Shown here: positions 52,601 to 62,700 of the stretch, one piece after another
Layout: every line of letters begins with the position of its first letter
Position numbering within the stretch: the stretch's first letter is position 1
Assembly (NCBI GenBank): GCA_964469965.1
Contig: CAYYAM010000003.1
Location: 43,462 to 107,461 of the forward strand
Length of the DNA: 64,000 bases
Source: an uncultured Muribaculaceae bacterium
GTDB lineage: Bacteria > Bacteroidota > Bacteroidia > Bacteroidales > UBA932
Reading direction: 5' to 3'
The notes under the pieces: generated by a model
Database searches by the model: none
The model's input: only the letters and a program-made list of their open reading frames with translations
Told to the model about the DNA's origin: nothing
Translations under genes and position numbers: made by a program

Positions 52601-52955
52601 TACCTAGTGCCGTAACAATCAGTTCTTCAAGTACCAGGGACTCCTCTTGCAATGTCACATTTACAACGCTCCTTCCGTTGATAGGTACCTCCATAGTCTT
52701 ATAGCCGATGGAGCTAAAGACAAGAGTTCCGTTTAAGTTAACATTGTTGAGGATGAATGTTCCGTTGTCGGCACTGTTTGTGGCAGTGGTTGTGCCCTTC
52801 ACAATAACCGTTACGAAACCTAATGGTTGGCCGTTTACATCTGTTACCCTACCGGTAACCTGCGACTGCGCCCAAGAAGTAGCTCCTGTTAACAGGAGAA
52901 CAATTGAGAAAGCAATAAATATTGCTCTCCGCAATAAATGCTCTTTTGCATTCAT
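49686..52955 (-). CDS. SusC/RagA-family TonB-dependent outer membrane transporter
   Basis: [41 protein letters not shown], C-terminal FNF; TACATTTG promoter at 53024-53017. Confidence 0.93.
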   Translation of the reverse strand: [1089 protein letters not shown]

Positions 52956-53167
52956 AAATCAGTTTTTGGTTAGTTTAGTTTTGTTATGTATTTAAGTACC
53001 CAGATTCGGGTTAAAGCAAATGTAATAAAAAAATGTTATTGTTGTTCAAATATTTTAACTTCTGTTTTTAAGTGTTTTATGGGTCCTGATTGGAATTGAT
53101 TATCAATCTATCAATTAATAGGTTTTAATCTATTAATATTTGATATATAACAGTAGTAAAATTCTTG

Positions 53168-53204
53168 AAAAATAAAAAAGAGACTGCCTCTGGTGCAGTC
53201 TCTT
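53168..53204 (-). terminator. Intrinsic terminator for the gamma-CA/TlpA transcript
   Basis: AAGAGACTGC / GCAGTCTCTT stem with a U-tract on the minus strand. Confidence 0.78.
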
Positions 53205-53254
53205 AAATAATTAAATCTTTTGATTATAAAATGTAAGATAAAAGTTAAAATATG

Positions 53255-54367
53255 TTATTTTTTAAGATACTCTTCTAAGAAAGGAATAATGTCATCTTTC
53301 TCAACTTTTCGCTTAATAATTTTTCCTTCACTGTCTACAAATATGTTTTGAGGGATAGATCTTACATAATACAATTTAGCAACATCGCTATTCCAGTATT
53401 TAAGATCGGATACCTGAATCCATGTTAATTTATCGTCTCTTATGGCGTTCTTCCAAACATTTTCGTCACTGTCTAAAGATACCCCAATAATTCCGAAACC
53501 TTGTTTGTTGAACGTGTTGTATATCTCAACAAGTTTTGGGTTGAACCTGCGGCAAGGTCCACACCATCCGGCCCAAAAATCAATCATGGTTATCTTATTC
53601 TGAGTGTAAACACTAGATAATGAAACAGGTGTTCCCTGCGGATCGTTAAGGGTAAATTCGGGTGCTATCATACCCTCTTCAAGCGTTTTTAAGGTGTTTA
53701 CGGCAATCTCTAGCTCATTTAAGTATCTGTTTTCTAGATTTGCAGGCACAGCTTTGAATGCAGAAATTCTCTCTTCTACAACTGCCATAGGTGTATCTTC
53801 TACCTTTTCAAGCATCATGTTAAGGGTAACAAAAGAGAGCGGATTTTCTGTAATAAAGGCCGACTCTATATCGGCAATCTCTTTTTGAGCTTTTTCAAAA
53901 ATTGCAATTATCTCATCTTTTTTCTCTTGTGTTACACCCTCTTTGTAAAACTCAGTCTCCAGAGAGTCTGTGTTATATCTGTTTCTAACCTCAATTTTTT
54001 TGTCGTTCAGAGCTTTGTACAACTCATTCTGCACACCACCGGTAACAACTGCATTGGTAAAATCATCTGCATCGGCAGTAATTTTAATGGTTGAATTGTC
54101 AAGGAATAGGATTAATCTTCCTTTCACCCCCTCCACAGAGATAGTATATCTCTCGGGAGTTATAACCTTGCCTCTGAATTCAAATTTGCCTCCAGTAAAG
54201 TCTACTGTATCCTTGATTGGCTCTCTAGAAGAGGAGTTCGATAAATATGCCTTGCCGTCGGTTATGCTGTCTCCGGAGATGGTCCCTTCAATAATATAGC
54301 CGTCGTGCTTTGGTTTGCAGGCAAATACAGCCAGCATAACCAACATAAATAATAGTTTTTTCATCAT
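53255..54367 (-). CDS. TlpA/AhpC-TSA-family thiol-disulfide oxidoreductase lipoprotein (DUF4369-like N-terminus)
   Basis: Lipobox VFAC; APEFTL, DFWAGWCGPC and IP. Confidence 0.88.
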   Translation of the reverse strand: MMKKLLFMLVMLAVFACKPKHDGYIIEGTISGDSITDGKAYLSNSSSREPIKDTVDFTGGKFEFRGKVITPERYTISVEGVKGRLILFLDNSTIKITADADDFTNAVVTGGVQNELYKALNDKKIEVRNRYNTDSLETEFYKEGVTQEKKDEIIAIFEKAQKEIADIESAFITENPLSFVTLNMMLEKVEDTPMAVVEERISAFKAVPANLENRYLNELEIAVNTLKTLEEGMIAPEFTLNDPQGTPVSLSSVYTQNKITMIDFWAGWCGPCRRFNPKLVEIYNTFNKQGFGIIGVSLDSDENVWKNAIRDDKLTWIQVSDLKYWNSDVAKLYYVRSIPQNIFVDSEGKIIKRKVEKDDIIPFLEEYLKK

Positions 54368-54395
54368 CTGTAATATTTGGTTTGAGTTTTTAATT

Positions 54396-54938
54396 TTAAT
54401 AGTTGCTTTCTAAATCAGATCTCTCATAGTTATTGAGAAACCACTCTTTATACATCATGTATCCACCTGCATTTTTAAGAGCAGATTCTCCAACAGCATC
54501 GCTGCCCTCTTTAACTTTTTTGGCAGGGATACCTGCATAGATACCCGGCTCAAGTACCGCATTGCTCAGCACCACAGCACCTGCCGCAATTATTGTGTTG
54601 TCAGGTATAACCGAGTTATCCATCAAGATTGCTCCCATACCAACAAGAACCTTGCTTCCAACAGTTGCCCCGTGAATAATTGCATTATGCCCAACTGAGA
54701 CGTCGTCTCCAATCTCAACAACTGATTTTTTATGAAGTGTATGAAGAACCGCTCCATCCTGGATATTAACACGGTCGCCTATAATAATAGGGTTTACATC
54801 TCCGCGTAGAACGGCTCCATACCAAATACTACAGTCATCACCAATAGTAACATCTCCAATTATAGCCGCATTCTCTGCAATAAAGCAGTTTTTCCCAATT
54901 TTAGGTTCAATTCCGTTTAATTTTCTAATAATAGCCAT
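54396..54938 (-). CDS. Gamma-carbonic-anhydrase-like hexapeptide-repeat protein (start re-called to MAIIRK)
   Basis: LRGD, NIQD..VLH, GHNAIIHG and G.PAK. Confidence 0.88.
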   Translation of the reverse strand: MAIIRKLNGIEPKIGKNCFIAENAAIIGDVTIGDDCSIWYGAVLRGDVNPIIIGDRVNIQDGAVLHTLHKKSVVEIGDDVSVGHNAIIHGATVGSKVLVGMGAILMDNSVIPDNTIIAAGAVVLSNAVLEPGIYAGIPAKKVKEGSDAVGESALKNAGGYMMYKEWFLNNYERSDLESNY

Positions 54939-55253
54939 TGATATTAAAATAAAAGACAAATATATGATTATATCTGTTATGCTAAACCATTTTAATTAAC
55001 CCACAATCTCTTTTTTTGTTTATTAAATATCAAAATTTAGCAGATTAAATTGATTTTTTAAAAATTGCATATTATATTTGATAGATTATAAGGTTGGCAA
55101 GCGCCGTTCCTTATTATATTGTCAAAAATGCGGGATTTTGATGTCAATTTAAAATAAGATAGAAAAAACTTTTTTGAAAAGGATATTTGACTACATTTGT
55201 GGATTGTTTTTTAAAAACCACACAACGGTACCGGCTTAATTAAACTTATTTTT

Positions 55254-57089
55254 ATGCAACACAAGGTTATAGACACTAAAGAAGTTGTTATCAGATTTAC
55301 AGGAGATTCAGGAGATGGAATGCAGCTCACAGGAACGCTCTTTGCAGATGCTTCTGCACTGTATGGGAACGAAATATCAACTTTCCCGGATTTTCCGGCC
55401 GAAATCAGAGCTCCTCAGGGGACGGTTGCGGGCGTATCCGGATTCCAGGTTAATATTGGAAGTGGTGAGATAAGAACTCCGGGTGATTTCTGCGATGTTC
55501 TAGTTGCCATGAATCCTGCGGCACTAAAATCAAATGCAAAGTGGGCAAAACCAACTGCAACCATAATTCTGGACTCAGACACCTTCGATGAGAAGGGAAT
55601 CAAAAGAGCCGGATTCAAAACAGACGATCCTGTGACAGAGCTTAAAATCCAGGACAGACACATAATTTTCGCTCCAATTACATCTCTTACCAAAGAGAGC
55701 TTAAAGGATAGCGGACTAGATCCAAAGTCAATTCTAAGATCAAAGAATATTTTCACTCTGGGCATATGCTACTATATGTTCAACAGGCCTCTTACCACTA
55801 CCGAGGAGTATCTCGACTCAAAATTCAGAAAGAAACCCGAGATTGCAGAGGCCAACAAAAAGGTGCTTAGAGACGGATTCAACTATGCGGGTAATATTCA
55901 CGCTATTCCTAATACATACAGAGTACTTCCGGCCAAACTGGAGAAGGGAATATACAGATACATCAACGGCAATCAGGCAACTGCCTGGGGGTTGTTAGCT
56001 GCTTCTGAAAAATCGGGAATTCCTTTATTCTGTGGATCTTATCCAATTACACCCGCAACAAGCATTCTTGAGGAGTTGTCACTCAGAAAAGACCTGAATG
56101 CAAAGACTCTTCAGTGCGAAGATGAGATTGCAGGTATTTGCACTGCTATAGGTGCTGCTTACGCAGGTAATCTGGCAGTTACTACAACCTCTGGCCCGGG
56201 CTTGTCTTTAAAGTCTGAGGCACTGGGGCTTGCAATGATTACAGAGCTTCCGATAGTTATTGTAGATGTTCAGAGAGGGGGCCCATCTACCGGAATACCT
56301 ACCAAGACAGAGCAGACCGATTTAAACCAAGCGTTGTACGGAAGAAACGGCGAGTGTCCTATAGCTGTTATAGCAGCTCACTCTCCGTCGCATTGTTTCG
56401 ATGCGGCTTTCTACTCTGCCAAATATGCAATGGAGCACATGATGCCGGTACTGTTGTTAACCGAAGGGTTTTTAGGAAATGGCTCGGAACCGTGGAAAAT
56501 TCCTTCAATGAAAGATTATCCGGCAATCAATCCTCCAATTATTGAGAGACCCGATGAGACTCCATTCTGGCCGTTTAAGAGAGATGATGTTAAAATGGCA
56601 AGAAGATGGGCCTTCCCCGGAACTCCTGGCCTTGAGCACAGAGTAGGTGGCCTTGAGAAAAATAACGACGGAAGCGTATCTTCCGACCCTATTGTACACG
56701 AAAGGATGGTAGCCGAAAGAGCAGAAAAAGTAAATCGGCTTGCAAACTTTATCCCTGAACAATCAATTATGGGTGAGGAGAGTGGCGATGTGCTAGTAGT
56801 TGGATGGGGAGGAACTTACGGCCATCTCTACACAGCCGTAAAAGAGCTGCAGGCAGAGGGTAAAAAGGTGAGTCTGGCTCACTTCGATTATATCTTCCCT
56901 CTACCGAAAAATACAGAAAAAGTATTCTCCGGTTTCAAGAAAATTATTGTATGTGAACTAAATAGCGGTCAGTTTGCAAACTATTTAAGGACCCAGCACC
57001 AAAAGTTTCACTACTATCAAAAAAACAAAGTACAAGGTCAGCCTTTTATAGTAAAAGAGATTGTTGACGCAGTTAACGAGATTCTTTAA
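55254..57089 (+). CDS. korA: 2-oxoacid:ferredoxin oxidoreductase alpha subunit (KorA-type, gamma-alpha fusion)
   Basis: GDSGDGMQLTG, YPITPA, EDE, TSGPG and QRGGPSTG; TACATTTG promoter at 55192-55199. Confidence 0.9.
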   Translation: MQHKVIDTKEVVIRFTGDSGDGMQLTGTLFADASALYGNEISTFPDFPAEIRAPQGTVAGVSGFQVNIGSGEIRTPGDFCDVLVAMNPAALKSNAKWAKPTATIILDSDTFDEKGIKRAGFKTDDPVTELKIQDRHIIFAPITSLTKESLKDSGLDPKSILRSKNIFTLGICYYMFNRPLTTTEEYLDSKFRKKPEIAEANKKVLRDGFNYAGNIHAIPNTYRVLPAKLEKGIYRYINGNQATAWGLLAASEKSGIPLFCGSYPITPATSILEELSLRKDLNAKTLQCEDEIAGICTAIGAAYAGNLAVTTTSGPGLSLKSEALGLAMITELPIVIVDVQRGGPSTGIPTKTEQTDLNQALYGRNGECPIAVIAAHSPSHCFDAAFYSAKYAMEHMMPVLLLTEGFLGNGSEPWKIPSMKDYPAINPPIIERPDETPFWPFKRDDVKMARRWAFPGTPGLEHRVGGLEKNNDGSVSSDPIVHERMVAERAEKVNRLANFIPEQSIMGEESGDVLVVGWGGTYGHLYTAVKELQAEGKKVSLAHFDYIFPLPKNTEKVFSGFKKIIVCELNSGQFANYLRTQHQKFHYYQKNKVQGQPFIVKEIVDAVNEIL

Positions 57090-57106
57090 TACACCCGGTA
57101 AATAGA

Positions 57107-58129
57107 ATGATTATGAAATATACTCCACAAGACTTTAAGAGCAACCAGGAAGTTAAATGGTGTCCGGGTTGCGGAGACCACGCAATATTGGCAAGTGTTC
57201 AGAGAGCAATGCCAGAGATTTGCGAAGCACTAAACTATACTAGAGAGCGATTTGTATTTGTTTCGGGAATCGGATGTTCTTCAAGATTTCCGTACTATAT
57301 GGATACATATGGTTTTCATGGTATTCATGGAAGAGCTTCGGCTATTGCAACAGGAATAAAGGTTGCTAATCCAACCTTAACTGTTTGGCAGATTACCGGT
57401 GACGGCGATGCTATGGCAATAGGCGGAAACCATTTTATACATGCAATCAGAAGAAATATTGACATTAATATTATCCTTTTCAACAATCAAATTTACGGAC
57501 TTACCAAGGGTCAGTACTCGCCTACATCTAAGTTAGGTATGGTGACAAAAACATCTCCTTACGGAACGGTTGAACATCCATTCAATCCGGGAGCGCTGGT
57601 TTTGGGTTCAAGAGGAACTTTTTTTGCCAGAAGCATAGATGTAGAGCTGAAGCTTACTCAGGATGTTATGGTTGAGTCTGCTAAACACGATGGAACAGCT
57701 GTAACGGAGATTCTGGTTAACTGCGTTATTTTTAACGACAGAACACACTCAGAGGTTGCCGATAAGGAGTTCAGGGCAGAGAGAACAATAGTTCTTAAGC
57801 ATGGAGAGCCCATGATATACGGCAAGAATAAAGATAAAGGACTTATCCTGGACGGACATAAAATTAAATCTGTAGTATTGGGCCAAGATGGAGTGAGTGA
57901 AAAGGATCTTTTGGTTCATGACGCACACGAAGAGAACCCTGGGATACACTCAATGCTTATAGATATGAAGTATCCCGAATTACCGGTTGCTCTTGGAGTA
58001 ATCAGAGCCGTAAAAGATAAAACATACGACGACAATGTAAGGGATCAGGTAATTGACGCACGAGAGCATGCGCAAATTCACAATATGGACGAGCTTCTGA
58101 GAAGCGGTGCCACCTGGGAGGTAAAATAG
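57107..58129 (+). CDS. korB: 2-oxoacid:ferredoxin oxidoreductase beta subunit
   Basis: WCPGCG, SGIGCS, the TPP motif GDGD...NN, and YGLTKGQ. Confidence 0.9.
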   Translation: MIMKYTPQDFKSNQEVKWCPGCGDHAILASVQRAMPEICEALNYTRERFVFVSGIGCSSRFPYYMDTYGFHGIHGRASAIATGIKVANPTLTVWQITGDGDAMAIGGNHFIHAIRRNIDINIILFNNQIYGLTKGQYSPTSKLGMVTKTSPYGTVEHPFNPGALVLGSRGTFFARSIDVELKLTQDVMVESAKHDGTAVTEILVNCVIFNDRTHSEVADKEFRAERTIVLKHGEPMIYGKNKDKGLILDGHKIKSVVLGQDGVSEKDLLVHDAHEENPGIHSMLIDMKYPELPVALGVIRAVKDKTYDDNVRDQVIDAREHAQIHNMDELLRSGATWEVK

Positions 58130-58166
58130 ATAACCAACATACCAAAACATTATAAAACTTGTTATC

Positions 58167-59504
58167 ATGAAAGTAGCAGAAATTATGGCTTCACTTGAGA
58201 GAAAGTATGGCCACGAGAAAGAGTATTTACAAGCAGTTCACGAGGTTCTGGAATCCATCGAGCCAATTTACAACCAGCATCCCGAGTTTCAAAAAGCAAA
58301 AATCATTGAGAGACTGGTTGAGCCCGACAGAATTTTCACCTTCAGAGTTACCTGGCAAGACGACAAAGGCGAGGTGCATACCAATACAGGTTACAGAGTT
58401 CAGTTCAGCAATGCAATAGGCCCTTACAAGGGTGGTTTTAGATTTCATCCTTCTGTAAACCCATCAATTCTTAAGTTTCTAGGGTTTGAGCAGACATTCA
58501 AAAATGCTCTAACAACTCTTCCTATGGGTGGTGGTAAAGGTGGTTCTGATTTTGATCCAAAAGGAAAATCAGACGCAGAGATAATGAGATTCTGCCAGGC
58601 ATTTATAACTGAACTTTGGCGTCACTTGGGTCCCGATACAGATGTTCCTGCAGGAGACATTGGAGTAGGAGCCAGAGAGGTTGGATATATGTATGGTTGG
58701 TATAAAAAACTGGCCAGAGAGAATACCGGAGTGCTTACAGGAAAAGGTGCAACCTGGGGAGGATCTCTTATCAGACCAGAAGCAACAGGATTCGGAGGGG
58801 TTTACTTTGTTACGCATATGCTTGCCACCAAAGGTCTTGACATCAAAGGTAAAACAGTGTCGGTTTCGGGATTCGGAAACGTTGCATGGGGAGCTGCTCT
58901 TAAGGCAACTCAGCTTGGAGCTAAGGTAATTGCACTGTCGGGTCCCGATGGACTGATAGTTGATGAGGCGGGTATGGATTACAACAAAATTGCGTATATG
59001 TTGGAACTTAGAGCTACCAATAACGATGTTGTTGCTCCATATGCCGATAAATTCCCAGGTTCAAAATTTTATCCAGGGAAAAAATCATGGGCTGTTAAAG
59101 TTGATATTGCACTACCTTGTGCATTCCAAAATGAACTTAACGGCGATGATGCCCGTGAGCTTGTTGCAAACGGCGTGATGTGCGTTGGTGAAATCTCTAA
59201 TATGGGATGCACTCCTGAGGCGATTGCAGAGTTCCAAAAAGCAAAAATCCTATACGCTCCGGGTAAAGCAGTAAATGCCGGCGGAGTTGCAGTTTCCGGG
59301 CTTGAAATGACTCAGAATGCCATGCACATAAGCTGGACAGCAGAAGAGGTAGATACAAAACTTAAGCAGATCATGGAGAGCATACACGAGCAGTGTGTTA
59401 AATATGGAAAGCAGAGCGATGGCTTTATCAATTATGTTAATGGAGCGAACATTGCAGGTTTTATGAAGGTGGCAAGAGCTACACTTGAGCAAGGTCTTTG
59501 CTAA
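58167..59504 (+). CDS. gdh: Glutamate dehydrogenase, NAD-preferring sequence type
   Basis: GPYKGG, LPMGGGKGG, DVPAGD and RPEATG; GFGNVA and SGPDG cofactor motifs. Confidence 0.93.
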   Translation: MKVAEIMASLERKYGHEKEYLQAVHEVLESIEPIYNQHPEFQKAKIIERLVEPDRIFTFRVTWQDDKGEVHTNTGYRVQFSNAIGPYKGGFRFHPSVNPSILKFLGFEQTFKNALTTLPMGGGKGGSDFDPKGKSDAEIMRFCQAFITELWRHLGPDTDVPAGDIGVGAREVGYMYGWYKKLARENTGVLTGKGATWGGSLIRPEATGFGGVYFVTHMLATKGLDIKGKTVSVSGFGNVAWGAALKATQLGAKVIALSGPDGLIVDEAGMDYNKIAYMLELRATNNDVVAPYADKFPGSKFYPGKKSWAVKVDIALPCAFQNELNGDDARELVANGVMCVGEISNMGCTPEAIAEFQKAKILYAPGKAVNAGGVAVSGLEMTQNAMHISWTAEEVDTKLKQIMESIHEQCVKYGKQSDGFINYVNGANIAGFMKVARATLEQGLC

Positions 59505-59541
59505 AAACACTTACAATTTATAACTAAACGATTAAATAATT

Positions 59542-59574
59542 AAAGGTTGTCACATTTGCGACAACCTTTTTTTT
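59542..59574 (+). terminator. Intrinsic terminator after gdh
   Basis: AAAGGTTGTC / GACAACCTTT stem and T8 run. Confidence 0.85.
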
Positions 59575-59629
59575 ATATCCAAAGGTCTGAAATTTATCAT
59601 AAATTGCATTATTTGACCCTTTATGTGCA

Positions 59630-59660
59630 TTTGTAATTGTAAAAAAATTATTTAACTTTG
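59630..59660 (+). promoter_or_regulatory. Canonical Bacteroidota sigma-A promoter for the second susC
   Basis: TTTG (59630-33), 19-nt spacer, TAACTTTG (59653-60). Confidence 0.8.
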
Positions 59661-59731
59661 CTTAGCATAAAATACCCTACGGCAAAACTACATAACCAAA
59701 ATACTTAAATTACTAACCAAAAATTTACTAA

Positions 59732-62700
59732 ATGAAAAAAATCAGATTACTTCTCGCCGCACTTTTTTTGGTGGCTGGGAATGTGCTATTGGCACAAACT
59801 CTAAGGGTGACAGGTACTGTTACCGACGCGGGTGATAGATCACCTATCATCGGTGCTTCCGTTCGAGTACAAGGTACAACAATCGGAACAGTTACCGACC
59901 TTAACGGAAACTACTCGATTAACGTAAACAGAGGAGCCGTTCTCGAGTTCAGTTTTATTGGAATGACAGCTCAGTTTGTAACCGTTACAGACCAGACTGT
60001 GATTAACGTTTCATTGGCAGTTGATGCTCTCCAGCTGGAAGATGTTCTGGTTGTTGCTTATCAGACTGTTCGCAGATCGTCATTTACAGGATCTGCCGCA
60101 TCTGTAAAGCAAGATCAGATTGAGAGAATTCAGTCTACCAACGTAACCAAATCTCTTGCAGGTGCTGTTCCCGGTGTTCAGGTTGTTGGAGGTTCGGGCC
60201 AGCCGGGCTCTTCTGCTGCAGTCAGAATCAGAGGTATCGGTTCGGTTAACGCTTCAAGTGCACCTTTATATGTAGTTGACGGTGCAGCTTACGATGGCGA
60301 TATCAACGCAATCCCAACCGATGATATCGAGTCTATAAGCGTTCTTAAAGATGCAGCAGCAGCAGCTCTTTACGGAGCTCGCGGTGCAAACGGTGTTATC
60401 ATGGTAACAACCAAAAAAGGACGTGTAGGAAAAGCTACGGTAAACGCCAAGGTTAACATTGGTGTAAGTTCAAGGGCAATAAAAGAGTACGAAAGAGTGA
60501 ACGCAAACCAGTACTACGAACTAATGTGGGAAGGTTGGAGAAATGCTCGCGTGATTGCAGGCGGAATGACTCCGGATGCAGCTGCCGCTCAAGCCAGTGG
60601 TGCTACCTCTAACGGTATTGTTGCAAGATTGGGAGGATACAATCCATACAACGTTGCTAACGACCAGGTTGTTGGGTTAGATGGTAAACTTAATCCTGCA
60701 GCTGTTCTTCTATATCAAGACAACTGGATTGATGCTCTCTCACAAACAGGTGTTCGTCAGGACTATAACGTTAATCTAAGTGGTGGTGTAGATCAAACAA
60801 CTTACTACATGTCTCTTGGTTATATTAATGAAAAAGGTCACCTTAAGTGGTCTAGCTACGATCGTTTTACAGGTCGTGTAGGTATCAATTCAAGAGTTAA
60901 CAAGTGGTTCAAGATGGAGGGTAACATCTCGGGATCGTCATCTAACACATCTAACCTTCTTGCAGAGGGAACCTACACATCCAATCCATTCTACTACGGA
61001 AGGATGATGGGTCCTATCTATCCTATCTACCAGAGAAATGCCGACGGTTCAATCAAGACTATGAATGACGGATCTCCTGCTTACGATATGGGTGGTGGAA
61101 ACACTGTTTATACTTGGACAGGAAAAACACGTCCTTACGCTCCAAACTCAAACCTTATGGTTACTCTGCCTTTAGATGACAGATCTAACATGAGAAACCA
61201 GTTATCGGCAAGATTAGCGGGTGAGTTCACAATCATGAAGGATCTTACTTTTAGAATTTCGGGAAGTACAGACCTTACAAACACTCTTTTCACAACCTAT
61301 CAGAACAACAAATTCGGAGACGCAGGTGTTACCTTAACAGGTGCCGGTGTTTCGGGTCGTTCAACTAAAGAGTATCAGAGAGCTCAGTCATACACCTTCA
61401 ACCAGGTGCTAACCTATAACAAAGCTTTTGGAGACCACAATGTAAATGTTCTAGTAGGACACGAAAACTACCAGTGGGACAGAAGAGTACTTTGGGCTAC
61501 CAGAACCAACTTTAAAATTGATTCTAAAGAGCTTGTTGCAGGATCGGTTGCCGAAGGTTCTTCATCGTATGCAGATATCTATACACTGGAAGGTTACTTC
61601 GCAAATGCAAATTATGCATATGCCAACAAATATTTCTTGTCGGGATCTTATCGTTACGACGGTTCATCGAGATTCTCATCGGATTCACGTTGGGGAGGTT
61701 TCTGGTCGGTAGGTGGTTCGTGGAGAATCAAAGCCGAGCCGTTCCTTGCTTCTGTTAACTGGCTGGACGATCTTCGTCTTAAAGCATCTTATGGTGAGCA
61801 GGGTAATGACGATATCGGAAACTTCTACGGATACCAGAGTTTGTTTACAATTTCGGGCTATAACAACGGTAACTTCAATGGTGCATTCTACTCGCAATTA
61901 GCTAACAACGAACTTAAGTGGGAGAAAAACGGTAACTTTAACGTTGGTGCAGACTTCTCATTCTTAGGTAGAATTCGTGGTCAGGCAGAGTACTTTATAA
62001 GAAAATCCGATAACCTTCTATTCCAGGTGCCTCTTCCACAATCGGCAGGTCTTCACATTAAGTGGGACAACATTGGTAGCATGAGCAATAAAGGTTTTGA
62101 ATTCCAACTTACAGGCGATATCATCAAGAAGAAAAACATTACATGGACTATAGACATAAACGGAACTCACTACAAAAATGAGATTACCAAGATGCCTTTA
62201 GGACCTGATGGTAAATTCCAAGAGATTATTTCCGGAACTAAGAAGCTCTCTGTTGGACACTCAATATTTGATTTCTGGTTGAGAGACTGGGCAGGTGTAG
62301 ATAAAGCAGACGGTAGTGCATTGTATTACAAAGATATAAAAGATGCAAACGGAAATGTAACCGGTAAAGAGACAACAAAAGATCAGAACGCAGCATCATA
62401 CTACTATCTTGGCTCATCAATTCCTGATATCTACGGAGGTATAACTAATACTGTTAAATTCTACGGATTTGACCTTGCAGTGTTCTTTGTTTACCAACTT
62501 GGCGGAAAGATGTACGATACTAACTATGCAGCTTTGATGCATCCGGGTACTTTCGGTTCGCACATGCACATAGACCTTCTTAACAGATGGACATCGGCCA
62601 ATACTAACACAAATGTTCCAAGACTACAGAATGCATATGCTGCTCCAACTGCCGCTTCGAGCCGCTGGTTGACAGACGCTAGCTTCTTGTCGTTGAGAAA

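Noticed and set aside
54960-55253. Long AT-rich intergenic region as an sRNA or riboswitch
   Set aside because: It is largely explained by two divergent promoters. I could not identify a stable structure, terminator or known RNA motif.
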